Source: an archaeon (GTDB taxonomy: Archaea > Methanobacteriota_B > Thermococci > Methanofastidiosales > NM3). From it: a stretch of DNA of 64,000 bases. Shown one piece after another: positions 46,206 to 54,633 of this stretch. The stretch is from the NCBI GenBank assembly GCA_004212155.1, contig RXIG01000024.1, positions 7,853 to 71,852 of the forward strand. The letters run 5' to 3'. Position 1 is the stretch's first letter. Each line of letters begins with the position of its first letter. The position numbers and the translations under genes are program-made. The notes under the pieces were generated by a model. That model was not told where the DNA came from and ran no database searches. It saw only the letters and a program-made list of their open reading frames with translations.

Positions 46206-46837
46206 GCCCCCACCAACTTACCGATGAGCTTGACCGCCTTTGCCGCGTCGTCGGCGTAACCGTCTGCACCGATCGTGTCAGCATAGCTCTGTGAGACGGC
46301 GCCACCACCAATGATGATCTTGATGTTGCCATCGACCTCCCTTACGGCGGCGATGACGTCGGGCATGCCCACCATGCTTGTCGTCATGAGCGATGACATG
46401 CCCACGACCTGTGGAGATGAGTCCTTGACCGAGGCGACAAAGGCATCCTTTGTGACGCTCTTGCCAAGGTCGACGACGGTGTAGCCCGCTGCCTCGCACA
46501 GCAGCTTGACGAGGTTCTTCCCGATGTCGTGGATGTCGCCCTCGACGACGCCCAGCACCACGGTGCCCGATGACTTCGAATCGACCTCGAGGTGCGGCTT
46601 GAGGATTTCCACTGCCATGTTCATCGCCCGCGCTGAGCGAAGGATCTGTGGCACGAACACCTTGCGCTGCTCGTAGAGGTCGCTTACGATCTGCATGCCC
46701 TTGTTCAGGCCCTGCTGTATGCACTCGTACGCATCGAGTTCCATGGATATCGCATCATGTGCCGTGGCGGTGGAAAGCTTCTCATCACCGCTAACGACCG
46801 CATCGGTCAGTTTTTTGTAAACATCTTCCTTTTTCAT
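46202..46837 (-). CDS. Corrinoid (B12-binding) protein
   Basis: Cap domain plus GDIHDIGKN, SSLMTTS and GGGAV. ATGA overlaps at both ends (46202-46205, 46834-46837). Confidence 0.85.
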   Translation of the reverse strand: MKKEDVYKKLTDAVVSGDEKLSTATAHDAISMELDAYECIQQGLNKGMQIVSDLYEQRKVFVPQILRSARAMNMAVEILKPHLEVDSKSSGTVVLGVVEGDIHDIGKNLVKLLCEAAGYTVVDLGKSVTKDAFVASVKDSSPQVVGMSSLMTTSMVGMPDVIAAVREVDGNIKIIIGGGAVSQSYADTIGADGYADDAAKAVKLIGKLVGA

Positions 46838-48729
46838 TTTATCACTTCCTTCATCGTTGCAAGGTCGAAATGGTCCTCGTAGAGGGAGGGTTCGATCCCG
46901 ACGGATGCGAGCATCTCCCTGGTAGGATATCCGTCCCTCGTCCATCCCCTCATCCTGTAGCATTCCTGCATCATGTCGTCAAATGGCGGCGCCTTACCCA
47001 TGCGGGCGCCATCGGGTGCGGGCGTGAGGAGCTTCTTTGGAAGCACGTCGTATGCCGGCCCCTTCCCGTCGCGTATGTTGACGAGACGCTGGAAGTTATA
47101 GATGCGCTCGCCGCAGCGCGAGAGGTCTTCAAACGACCATCCCCAGCCGGTCATGGCATTGAGCGCGTCCAGATAGCGAGATATCGACGCCTCGCCCTCG
47201 ACGAACATGAACGCGCAGAGGACCGCCGATCCCATGATCGCGCCGAAGTTCTGATGGATGACGGCAAGTCGCGTCTTGTCCCCGACCTCGAAGAAGCGCG
47301 GTTTTTTTGTCACGCCGTACTCGGGGAGGAGGAATCCGCCGATCTCGGTCTCCTCGGGGCATCCTCGGTAATGGCATGCGCCGCGGGTCCCTGTCGCATA
47401 GTTTACCGAGAGGCTGTAGCACAGGCGCGGGTCGTGTCCGGGCACGTCGAGTCCCCGTACATGGACCGCATGCCCTTCCTTACCGAGGGTGGCCCCGAGC
47501 GTGGCGGCACCCTCGGCCATGATGCTCCCTATGCCTTCCCGTTTGCCTATGAGGTCGATGAGGTGGAGGACAATGGCAGGATCTCCCCAATCGATTCGCA
47601 GGTCCCCGATGACGTGAGGTGGAAACCACCCCTTCTCGTAGGCTTCCATGGCAAGGGCTATGGCCGAGCCCGCAGAGATGGTGTCCATCCCGTAGCGATT
47701 GCACAGATCATTAGCCTTCGCTACGGCGCGCACCTCGCGGACGAGGCAGTTCGCCCCTAGCATTGCCAGAGTCTCGTACTCGGGTCCTGGTCCATCGACC
47801 CCATAGGACGGGTGCTCAAAGGAGACATGACGGTGACAGGCAAGCGGGCAGCTGAGACAGGCCTTGGGCTTGACGTTGAGCGCCTCGTTGTAATGGGGCG
47901 TCTCCATCTCCTTGCCCTCCTCCGTCCAGCTGCTGCCGTCCCAGTTCTTCTTTGGAGTGTTGTCAAGGGCATTATAGGTGGCAAAGCCACCTGGTGTGCC
48001 CCAGGCGCGAAGCTCCTTGCCCCGGTCGCTTCGCACCATCGTCCTGGTGATATCCTTCCTGATGTCGTCAAGTGCCCCTCCATCGAAATACGAAGGTGTC
48101 GCGCTCCCCAAGAGCGCGATGCCCTTGAACTTCTTGGAGCCCAACACAGCGCCGATGCCCGACCGGCCAGCGTAGCTGTGCTTGTCGACGACGACGCAGG
48201 CGAAGCGGACGAGCCGCTCCCCTGCCGGCCCTATGGCAGCGACACTCGCCTTCTTGTTCGTGTCGCTTTTCATGGCGTCAATGGTATCGAACGTCTCGAG
48301 CCCCCATAAGGCCGAGGCGTCCCTGAGCTCGACCGCGCCGTCCTCTATCCATAGATAGACGGGTGATGGCGAGCGTCCCTCGACGACGATGGCGTCGAGT
48401 CCGCATCCGCGAAGGGACGGCCCGAAGCTGGCACCCGCCGCCGAATCGCCAAAGGTGTGGGTCATAGGAGACTTGGAGACTAGCGACCATTTGGCGGATC
48501 CGGGGATGCGCGTGCCCTGGAACGGTCCTGTGGCGAAGACGACCTTGTTTGCAGGTTGGAATGGGTCGACGTGGGAGGGAACTTCATCGAGAAGGATCTT
48601 TGCGCCCATTCCCGCTCCGCCGAGAAACACCTTGTAGAACCGTTCGTCGGTGTGCTCTATATGGGTCCGTCCCTTCGTGAGGTCGACCCTCAACACCTTG
48701 TTATGGTAACCAGACGACAACAGGATCAC
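46834..48729 (-). CDS. Aldehyde:ferredoxin oxidoreductase (AOR) family tungsto/molybdopterin enzyme
   Basis: GYHNKVLRVDLTKG, LGGAGMGAKILLDE and FATGPFQGT N-domain pattern. About 630 aa. Cys ligand region CLSCPLAC. GTG start. Confidence 0.8.
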   Translation of the reverse strand: MILLSSGYHNKVLRVDLTKGRTHIEHTDERFYKVFLGGAGMGAKILLDEVPSHVDPFQPANKVVFATGPFQGTRIPGSAKWSLVSKSPMTHTFGDSAAGASFGPSLRGCGLDAIVVEGRSPSPVYLWIEDGAVELRDASALWGLETFDTIDAMKSDTNKKASVAAIGPAGERLVRFACVVVDKHSYAGRSGIGAVLGSKKFKGIALLGSATPSYFDGGALDDIRKDITRTMVRSDRGKELRAWGTPGGFATYNALDNTPKKNWDGSSWTEEGKEMETPHYNEALNVKPKACLSCPLACHRHVSFEHPSYGVDGPGPEYETLAMLGANCLVREVRAVAKANDLCNRYGMDTISAGSAIALAMEAYEKGWFPPHVIGDLRIDWGDPAIVLHLIDLIGKREGIGSIMAEGAATLGATLGKEGHAVHVRGLDVPGHDPRLCYSLSVNYATGTRGACHYRGCPEETEIGGFLLPEYGVTKKPRFFEVGDKTRLAVIHQNFGAIMGSAVLCAFMFVEGEASISRYLDALNAMTGWGWSFEDLSRCGERIYNFQRLVNIRDGKGPAYDVLPKKLLTPAPDGARMGKAPPFDDMMQECYRMRGWTRDGYPTREMLASVGIEPSLYEDHFDLATMKEVIK

Positions 48730-48748
48730 CTGTAAAAAAAAGAAGGGC

Positions 48749-50026
48749 CTAGAGGGCCCTGTCCAACAGTTGTACCAGGTCTAGCGTCGGTATGTTCTTG
48801 TTCGCCGCGCGCGCACCGTCGTTGAGGTTGGTGTGGCAGAAGGGGCAGATTGACACGATCGCCTCGGCGTTCTTCTCCTCTGCCTCGTCCACGCGTCGCT
48901 TTGACGTGTTCACCGCGAAGTCCGGATAGTCGGTCTTCACGCCGCCACCGGCGCCGCAGCACAGCGAATCGCGGCGTATGCGTTCGAACTCGACGAAGTC
49001 GATGCCCGGTATCGCGCTCAGGAGCTCGCGGGGCTGGTCGTAGAGCGAATGACTCTGGTCCTCATCGCCCGTTCCTTCCTTGTAGCGGTGCAGATGGCGT
49101 CCCGTGTGGCACGGGTCGTGATAGGTAACGCGCATGTTGACCTCCTTTTCCGGCCTCCACTCGCCCGCCTTGTACTTCTCGTGCAGGAAGTCGACGAGGT
49201 GCATGATGCGTATGCCGTCGATGTAGTCCTCGTATCCTTCCACATCTGGATAGTCCTTGTTGAAGCAGCGGAAGCAGCCTGCGCACGCAGTGACGATCGT
49301 GTTCACGCCGTGGTTTTCATGCATGTCCTTGAACGTCTCAAGCGATTTCTTGGCAACGCGCTGGAACTCGTTTTCAACACCCATCCTGCGCACGGTCGAA
49401 CCGCAGCAGACCTCCTTGTCGTAGAGATAGCCGAAGTCGATGCCGAGCTTGTTGAGGACATTGACGGTGGAGACGGCGATGCAGCGGTTGTTGGAGTTGT
49501 AGGCAGGCGTGCAGCCGGCATAGTAGAGGACCTCTGCGTCCTCCTTGTTGAGGTTTTTGACCGGCGTGTCCTTGAACTCCTTGGTCCACCTCGTTCGCAT
49601 CTTGCGCGAGCCGGTGTAGGGGTTGTCGTTGTTTCGCATCGACTTGATGAGCACCTCTCCGGACTCGGGCCCAAGGCCCTTGTCCTGCAGCTCGAATCGG
49701 ATGTGCTGCAGGATCTCGGCGCCATAGGCGCGTATGGGCTTCCAGGCGTCCTCGTCGTTGATGTAGCACTGCTCGGCGCAGGCACCGCATAATGTACAGT
49801 AGGAGAACATCTCTGCCACGTCGTCGTCCCACTCGAGCTCGCCGTTGCGCAGGGCCCGATAGACCTGCATCCTCCCCTGGAGCGTATAGTCAAGAAACGA
49901 CCTGTCAAGGTACGATGGGCACACGATCTCCCTGTTGCCCTCGTGCTGTGTCCTGCAGGTGCCGCATCCTATGCAGCGCTCGGGCAGATTGTTCTCCTTT
50001 AGGATCTTTTCTATGTCGAGTTTCAT
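48749..50026 (-). CDS. Fe-S oxidoreductase with two [4Fe-4S] motifs and two CCG domains (HdrD/GlcF/GlpC-like)
   Basis: CIGCGTCRTQ and CTLCGACAEQC. CCG motifs VCCGST and LCCGAGGG with PCH and CPFC. Confidence 0.8.
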   Translation of the reverse strand: MKLDIEKILKENNLPERCIGCGTCRTQHEGNREIVCPSYLDRSFLDYTLQGRMQVYRALRNGELEWDDDVAEMFSYCTLCGACAEQCYINDEDAWKPIRAYGAEILQHIRFELQDKGLGPESGEVLIKSMRNNDNPYTGSRKMRTRWTKEFKDTPVKNLNKEDAEVLYYAGCTPAYNSNNRCIAVSTVNVLNKLGIDFGYLYDKEVCCGSTVRRMGVENEFQRVAKKSLETFKDMHENHGVNTIVTACAGCFRCFNKDYPDVEGYEDYIDGIRIMHLVDFLHEKYKAGEWRPEKEVNMRVTYHDPCHTGRHLHRYKEGTGDEDQSHSLYDQPRELLSAIPGIDFVEFERIRRDSLCCGAGGGVKTDYPDFAVNTSKRRVDEAEEKNAEAIVSICPFCHTNLNDGARAANKNIPTLDLVQLLDRAL

Positions 50027-51484
50027 TTAGATGCCCCCTATCTGGCCCCGATTCATGATGCGGTACGGATCGATGAGGTCCTTGATCTGTTTGATGAACT
50101 CCACCGTGTTCGGGTCCGCATGCGACATGTTCACCCTGCTGTTTGAGTATGAGGGCTTGTAGACGACCGCCCCGAGCTCGACCTCCTTTTCGGCGATGGC
50201 CTTGAGCAGCGCGCGGTCGCGCTCCTTCTCCTCCTCCGATGCGTCCTTGTGCTGGAAGACGTTGAAGCGAAGGATCGTCTCGTGGCCGTTGTCCATCACG
50301 CGATTGTACTGCATGATCGGATGCTCTGGCTCGACGTAACCAAGCTTCTCGTAGACCTTCTCGACAGCACGGTAGATCTCGGCCTGCTTGAACGGGGGAG
50401 CGTAGCAGCCGGCCCACTCACCCGTGCCGCCCCTGTTGCCGTCCATGTCGTTTGAGAGCTGCATGGGCAGGTCGTGGAAGTACTGCATCTGATTGCCTGG
50501 AGGAAGCTTCGGGAGGCCCTCCTCCTCAGGCTCTATCTCGATGCCCTTGTCCTCCTTGCATATCTTGTAGAGCTCCTCGATCTTGCCATCCATGATCTTC
50601 TCGTTGGCCGCCTGGAGCACCACCCAGCTCTCGAGCTCTGGCTCTCCCTTTTCGCGGCTGAACGGGAGCTTGATGCCCGCCTCGCAGCGCCCCCACGCCC
50701 AGTTGTTGGACGCGATGTCGACGGCGATCTGCTGCTTTGCGATGTTCATCTGATTGAGGTAGCCGTGCTCGACCGTGTCTGCGTTGACGTAGAACGCCTG
50801 TTGCTCGGCAGGTTGCTTGTAGATCTTAACGGATGCCTTGGTGACGATGCCGGTCGTTCCGGCCCATCCTATGAAGAGGCCAGCCAGGTCGATGATGGGC
50901 GCCCTCGTGCCCCAATATGGCGAGATCATGTGGTTTCCCGTCTTGATCAGCTCGCCGTTTGGCAGCACGACCTCCATGCCGGTGATGTAGAAGCTGCCGT
51001 CGCCGTGGGCAAGGCTGACATCCATCATGCCGCAAAGCAGATACCCTGTCACGACGCCGCTTGACGGCGGAGAATAGGTATATGCACCGATGTAGCCCGG
51101 TGCGCGCTTCATCATCTCGCGCTTGAAGTCGGCCCACGTGAGGCCTCCATCGACAACGGCATAAAGACCATCGGTGTTGATCTCCTCGACCTTGTTCATG
51201 CGTCGCAAGTCGAGGATGATGCCTCCATGGTGGGCATTGCACATGCCCCCAGTCGTAAGATTGCACACCCATGGAATGACGTTTACCTTGTTCTTCCATG
51301 CGATGCGCATGATGGCCTGGACCTCCTCGGTGGAGCCGGGCATGAGGACGGCGTCGGGATGCCCGTTCGGTTCGACGCTCGTCCAGTCATTTGAATAAGC
51401 GTATCGGGTGGTCTTCTTTTCCGATATATACTTCTGGCCGACCACGCCTTCTAGCTCTTTGAATACATTTCTATCTAAAGTCAT
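50027..51484 (-). CDS. FAD-linked oxidase (GlcD / D-lactate dehydrogenase family)
   Basis: FAD_binding_4-like N-half (PDAVLMPGSTEEVQAI...VIPWV..TTGGM) and FAD-oxidase C-half. GGAGGTGG SD before ATG 51484. Confidence 0.75.
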   Translation of the reverse strand: MTLDRNVFKELEGVVGQKYISEKKTTRYAYSNDWTSVEPNGHPDAVLMPGSTEEVQAIMRIAWKNKVNVIPWVCNLTTGGMCNAHHGGIILDLRRMNKVEEINTDGLYAVVDGGLTWADFKREMMKRAPGYIGAYTYSPPSSGVVTGYLLCGMMDVSLAHGDGSFYITGMEVVLPNGELIKTGNHMISPYWGTRAPIIDLAGLFIGWAGTTGIVTKASVKIYKQPAEQQAFYVNADTVEHGYLNQMNIAKQQIAVDIASNNWAWGRCEAGIKLPFSREKGEPELESWVVLQAANEKIMDGKIEELYKICKEDKGIEIEPEEEGLPKLPPGNQMQYFHDLPMQLSNDMDGNRGGTGEWAGCYAPPFKQAEIYRAVEKVYEKLGYVEPEHPIMQYNRVMDNGHETILRFNVFQHKDASEEEKERDRALLKAIAEKEVELGAVVYKPSYSNSRVNMSHADPNTVEFIKQIKDLIDPYRIMNRGQIGGI

Positions 51485-51527
51485 GATAGTTCCACCTCCC
51501 ACATGGGGAAAAAGAAAAAAAGAGGGG

Positions 51528-52877
51528 TTAGTCCTCGACCACCCCTGTAGGTACGTCAATAACGTACTGGTCCGCGTACCTGCTGCGTTCCCAGCGAAGG
51601 AAGAGCCAAACGACAAATCCGATCGCGAAGTAGGCAAAGAACATGTACCACAGCGTACTGTCGAAGTACTTGAACGTGTAGTACGTCATCACTAGGCCGC
51701 ATCCCACTGCGAGCACACCCGTTGCGCTTCCGCCTGGCACCTTCCATGGACGGCGCCACTTGGGGAATACCCTGCGCATCTGAAGGAACGAAAGACTTGA
51801 GATGGTATATGTTATACCAACGCCGATCGCCATCAGGGTAAAGAGATACTCCAGCCACTGCGTGCCTGAAATGGCAATGAAAAACAGTGTGACGGCAAGT
51901 ATCGACCAGTTGGCAGTCGATGGTACGTGCTGCTTGTTGAGGTTCCCGAACTGACGCGGCAGGATGCGGGAACGTCCCATGCTGTAGAGCAGCCTGGAGC
52001 CTGCAAGCCAGAATCCGTTGAGGCAGGTCGCAAGCGCGCAGAAGTTGGCCAATGCTATCGCATACTGGGCCCATGTACCGTAAAGCGCGCCCGCGATTGT
52101 GGCGCTTACCATCGGCGTTTCGTTGACGATGGTGTCGAACGGAAGCATCGCTGCGTTCACGATGCAAAGACCGCCGTAGAACGCGATACAGAAGATGATG
52201 GAGCCAACGATAAGCCTCCAGTGCTTCTCGGTCGGGTATTTAGACTCCTCGGCGAACTGCGGGATGATCTCGAATCCGAAGAACATCGTCACCATGAGGG
52301 CCGTAGCAGTAAAGAATCCGTCCCTTCCTGTTTGGAAGAACGGGCTCCAGTTAGCCGTATCGAACGTCGGGTGGGACACGAAGAGGACCACGATTGTCAC
52401 AGCAATAACAACGAGTACCAAGAACATCAAGAACTGTGCTGTAGCGCTGATGATGAGCTCACGAGAGTTCATTATGGCAAAGCCCACGGCAAGAATAGCT
52501 GCGATAATCATCATGGAGGTCAACGGCATGCCGGGCCACCACAGATATTCAACGATCCACATGAGTGCCATGAGCTGGAACGAAAGCACTGTCGTGTACG
52601 AGAGCAAAAGTGCCCATGAGGTCCAGAACGAAGCCTCTTTGCCAAACGCGTTTTGTATAAAGACAAAAGGCCCACCGACGAATGGGAGCATGGCGGTCAT
52701 TTCACCATACACCAATCCTATGGGGATACACATCAATCCGACGACCAAGAACGAGAGAGCTATAGACGCGCCGGTAAGTGAGATCCACCATTGCATCATC
52801 ACTAACCAGGGTCCTATGACGGCAGCTGTCGCCATGGCGAACAGATACCAGCTCCCAAGTGACTTTTGAAGTCGCAT
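51528..52877 (-). CDS. APC-superfamily (amino acid/polyamine/organocation) permease
   Basis: 12 TM. N-terminal LGSWYLFAMATAAVIGPW and GEMTAMLPFVGGPF motifs. Confidence 0.8.
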   Translation of the reverse strand: MRLQKSLGSWYLFAMATAAVIGPWLVMMQWWISLTGASIALSFLVVGLMCIPIGLVYGEMTAMLPFVGGPFVFIQNAFGKEASFWTSWALLLSYTTVLSFQLMALMWIVEYLWWPGMPLTSMMIIAAILAVGFAIMNSRELIISATAQFLMFLVLVVIAVTIVVLFVSHPTFDTANWSPFFQTGRDGFFTATALMVTMFFGFEIIPQFAEESKYPTEKHWRLIVGSIIFCIAFYGGLCIVNAAMLPFDTIVNETPMVSATIAGALYGTWAQYAIALANFCALATCLNGFWLAGSRLLYSMGRSRILPRQFGNLNKQHVPSTANWSILAVTLFFIAISGTQWLEYLFTLMAIGVGITYTISSLSFLQMRRVFPKWRRPWKVPGGSATGVLAVGCGLVMTYYTFKYFDSTLWYMFFAYFAIGFVVWLFLRWERSRYADQYVIDVPTGVVED

Positions 52878-53187
52878 TGTGTCTCCGCCGCTTCCAGTGT
52901 CACTGATAGAATCACCTAGAAAAGGTAAAAAAAAGGCGCTTTATATTGTTTTTCGAACCTATTGCAGAAGGTTGCAACATTTAATCAATATATGAAAATA
53001 ATTGTGTTTTTTGTTGCAAAAATAAAATATAATAATTCTATTGAAACTTTCAAGGACATGAATTTTACGTTATTTTTTCCTCCGGTAACACATATGCATA
53101 TATAAGCTTATCGGTTTGAAAAGAATCACTTGGCGGAAGTGGAACGTATGCGAGCCGCGTCCTGTGTTGGGTCGAGACGAGAAAAGA

Positions 53188-53194
53188 TTTAAAT
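53188..53194 (+). promoter_or_regulatory. TATA box of SRP RNA gene
   Basis: TTTAAAT lies about 20-25 nt upstream of the predicted 5' helix. Confidence 0.45.
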
Positions 53195-53209
53195 GCATGC
53201 CTGCGAGAG

Positions 53210-53545
53210 GTGATGCGACTAGGTCGGGGAGGTAGGCGTGCCCTGTTACCAGAAACCGTCTAGATGCTGGGACCGAAGCCCTCGGGGCGTCGACTGAACG
53301 TGGCAAAGGTGCTGCCTACGCCGATGAAGTCCTGTCCTGCTTGATTGGTGGGGCGCGAGGCCCTTTTGGAGGAAAGGGTTAACGCGCCTTGTCTCCCGAA
53401 CCCCGCCAGGTCCGGAAGGAAGCAGCGGTAGGGAGGACATTCAATGCTTGCGGGATTGCAGGATGGAGAACGGGGCAGTCCTCTCTTTGCCACCGGATGT
53501 CGGCCACCCGCGGGCGCGTCGTGACCATCACAAACGTTTTTTAAC
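53210..53545 (+). ncRNA. Signal recognition particle 7S RNA
   Basis: Helix-8 signature CCCGCCAGGTCCGGAAGGAAGCAGCGGTAGG at 53402-53432. Long-range pairing GTGGCAAAG/CTTTGCCAC. 5' GTGATG..CGAC pairs with 3' GTCG..CATCAC. No credible ORF. Ends are approximate. Confidence 0.8.
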
Positions 53546-53547
53546 GT

Positions 53548-53553
53548 GCCTGA
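53548..53553 (+). terminator. Oligo-T terminator after SRP RNA
   Basis: TTTTTT immediately after the 3' terminal helix. Confidence 0.5.
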
Positions 53554-53565
53554 CCATTCGAGACC

Positions 53566-54492
53566 ATGCGTGCCGCCATCGAGAACAACTTCTCACTTGT
53601 CATCGCCCTCGCGTTCGTCGTTGGCATGGTGGCGCCCGGGTTCGCACGCGTGTTCAACCCCTATATACTCTACATACTCATGGGGGTGATGTATCTCACC
53701 ATCCTCAAGATCGACCTGCGCGAGCTCAAGGCACATGCCGCCAACGCCGGTTACATGGGATACCTCACGTTCATCATCCTCATCGCGACGCCTGTTGCAG
53801 TCTTTGCTGTCACGCGCGCAGTCTACCCGGAGATCGCCGCAGCCGCGCTCATCGTGGGAAGCCTTCCCGCCGCGATAGCCTCGACGTCGTTTACCGACCT
53901 TCTCAAAGGGAATGTCAACATCGCGCTGCTCATGACGACGATAACGTCGCTTTTGGCACCGTTCACGATGCCGCTGCTCATCAGGCTGCTCATCGGCGTC
54001 GAGACCGATGCGAGTTTCACCGAAATGCTCCTGATGCTCGCCCAGGCCATATTCATCCCGTTTGCGCTCGCCGTCCTTACCAAGTGGGCGGCGCCGGGCC
54101 TCATACGACGCACGAAACCCTTCTACGCATCCCTCAACATCCTGCTGCTCTTCTTCGTCATCATCGGCCCCGTCGGCCACAACGCCGAATTCATCTACGA
54201 CAACGTCCGAAAGGCGATAACTATCGCGCTCTTTTTCATAGGCATCTCCGTCCTTCAGCACATCATCGGTTGGTACGCATCGTACTGGCGCCCCATCGAG
54301 GACAGGGTGGCATCGGCCACCGTCATCGCATACAACAACATCACGCTTGGCATCGTCTTCACATCGCAGTTCTTCTCGCCGCTCATCGTGCTCTCCGTCG
54401 TCCTCTACGAGGTCGCCTGGGACCTGATGCCAATGCCGTTCCAGTTCGTCGTGCGCCGCGCCAGGGGGTGGCATGCATCGCCCAAGGCATGA
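53566..54492 (+). CDS. Bile acid:sodium symporter (BASS/SBF-like) family transporter
   Basis: About 9-10 TM. GSLPAAIASTSFTDLLKGNVNIAL motif region. Confidence 0.7.
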   Translation: MRAAIENNFSLVIALAFVVGMVAPGFARVFNPYILYILMGVMYLTILKIDLRELKAHAANAGYMGYLTFIILIATPVAVFAVTRAVYPEIAAAALIVGSLPAAIASTSFTDLLKGNVNIALLMTTITSLLAPFTMPLLIRLLIGVETDASFTEMLLMLAQAIFIPFALAVLTKWAAPGLIRRTKPFYASLNILLLFFVIIGPVGHNAEFIYDNVRKAITIALFFIGISVLQHIIGWYASYWRPIEDRVASATVIAYNNITLGIVFTSQFFSPLIVLSVVLYEVAWDLMPMPFQFVVRRARGWHASPKA

Positions 54493-54633
54493 CCCGGTAT
54501 ACGTGATGGCGGGGCGAGAATGGCATGGTTGAGATAAAAAGTTGCCCCACACATCGAAAAATACATATAATGTGGCACGCATTCTGACTAAAATCGTCTT
54601 CGTGCCCGAGCCGCGAGGACGGGACGTGATCAC

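Noticed and set aside
42410-52877. Pyrrolysine (in-frame TAG) or selenocysteine (in-frame TGA) read-through in methyltransferase, hydrogenase or redox genes
   Set aside because: All genes are single uninterrupted ORFs. No adjacent same-frame ORF pairs are separated by TAG or TGA. FrhA has Cys (DPCVEC), not a TGA codon. TAG is used as an ordinary stop (for example pstC and the MFS gene).
53070-53493. Three minus-strand ORFs (53070-53306, 53246-53440, 53260-53493) and the start of plus-strand ORF 53448-54506
   Set aside because: They overlap the SRP RNA, which has a conserved helix-8 motif and long-range pairing. The 352-aa Arg/His-rich frame 53448-54506 and the antisense ORF 53593-54633 are shadows of the BASS transporter gene.
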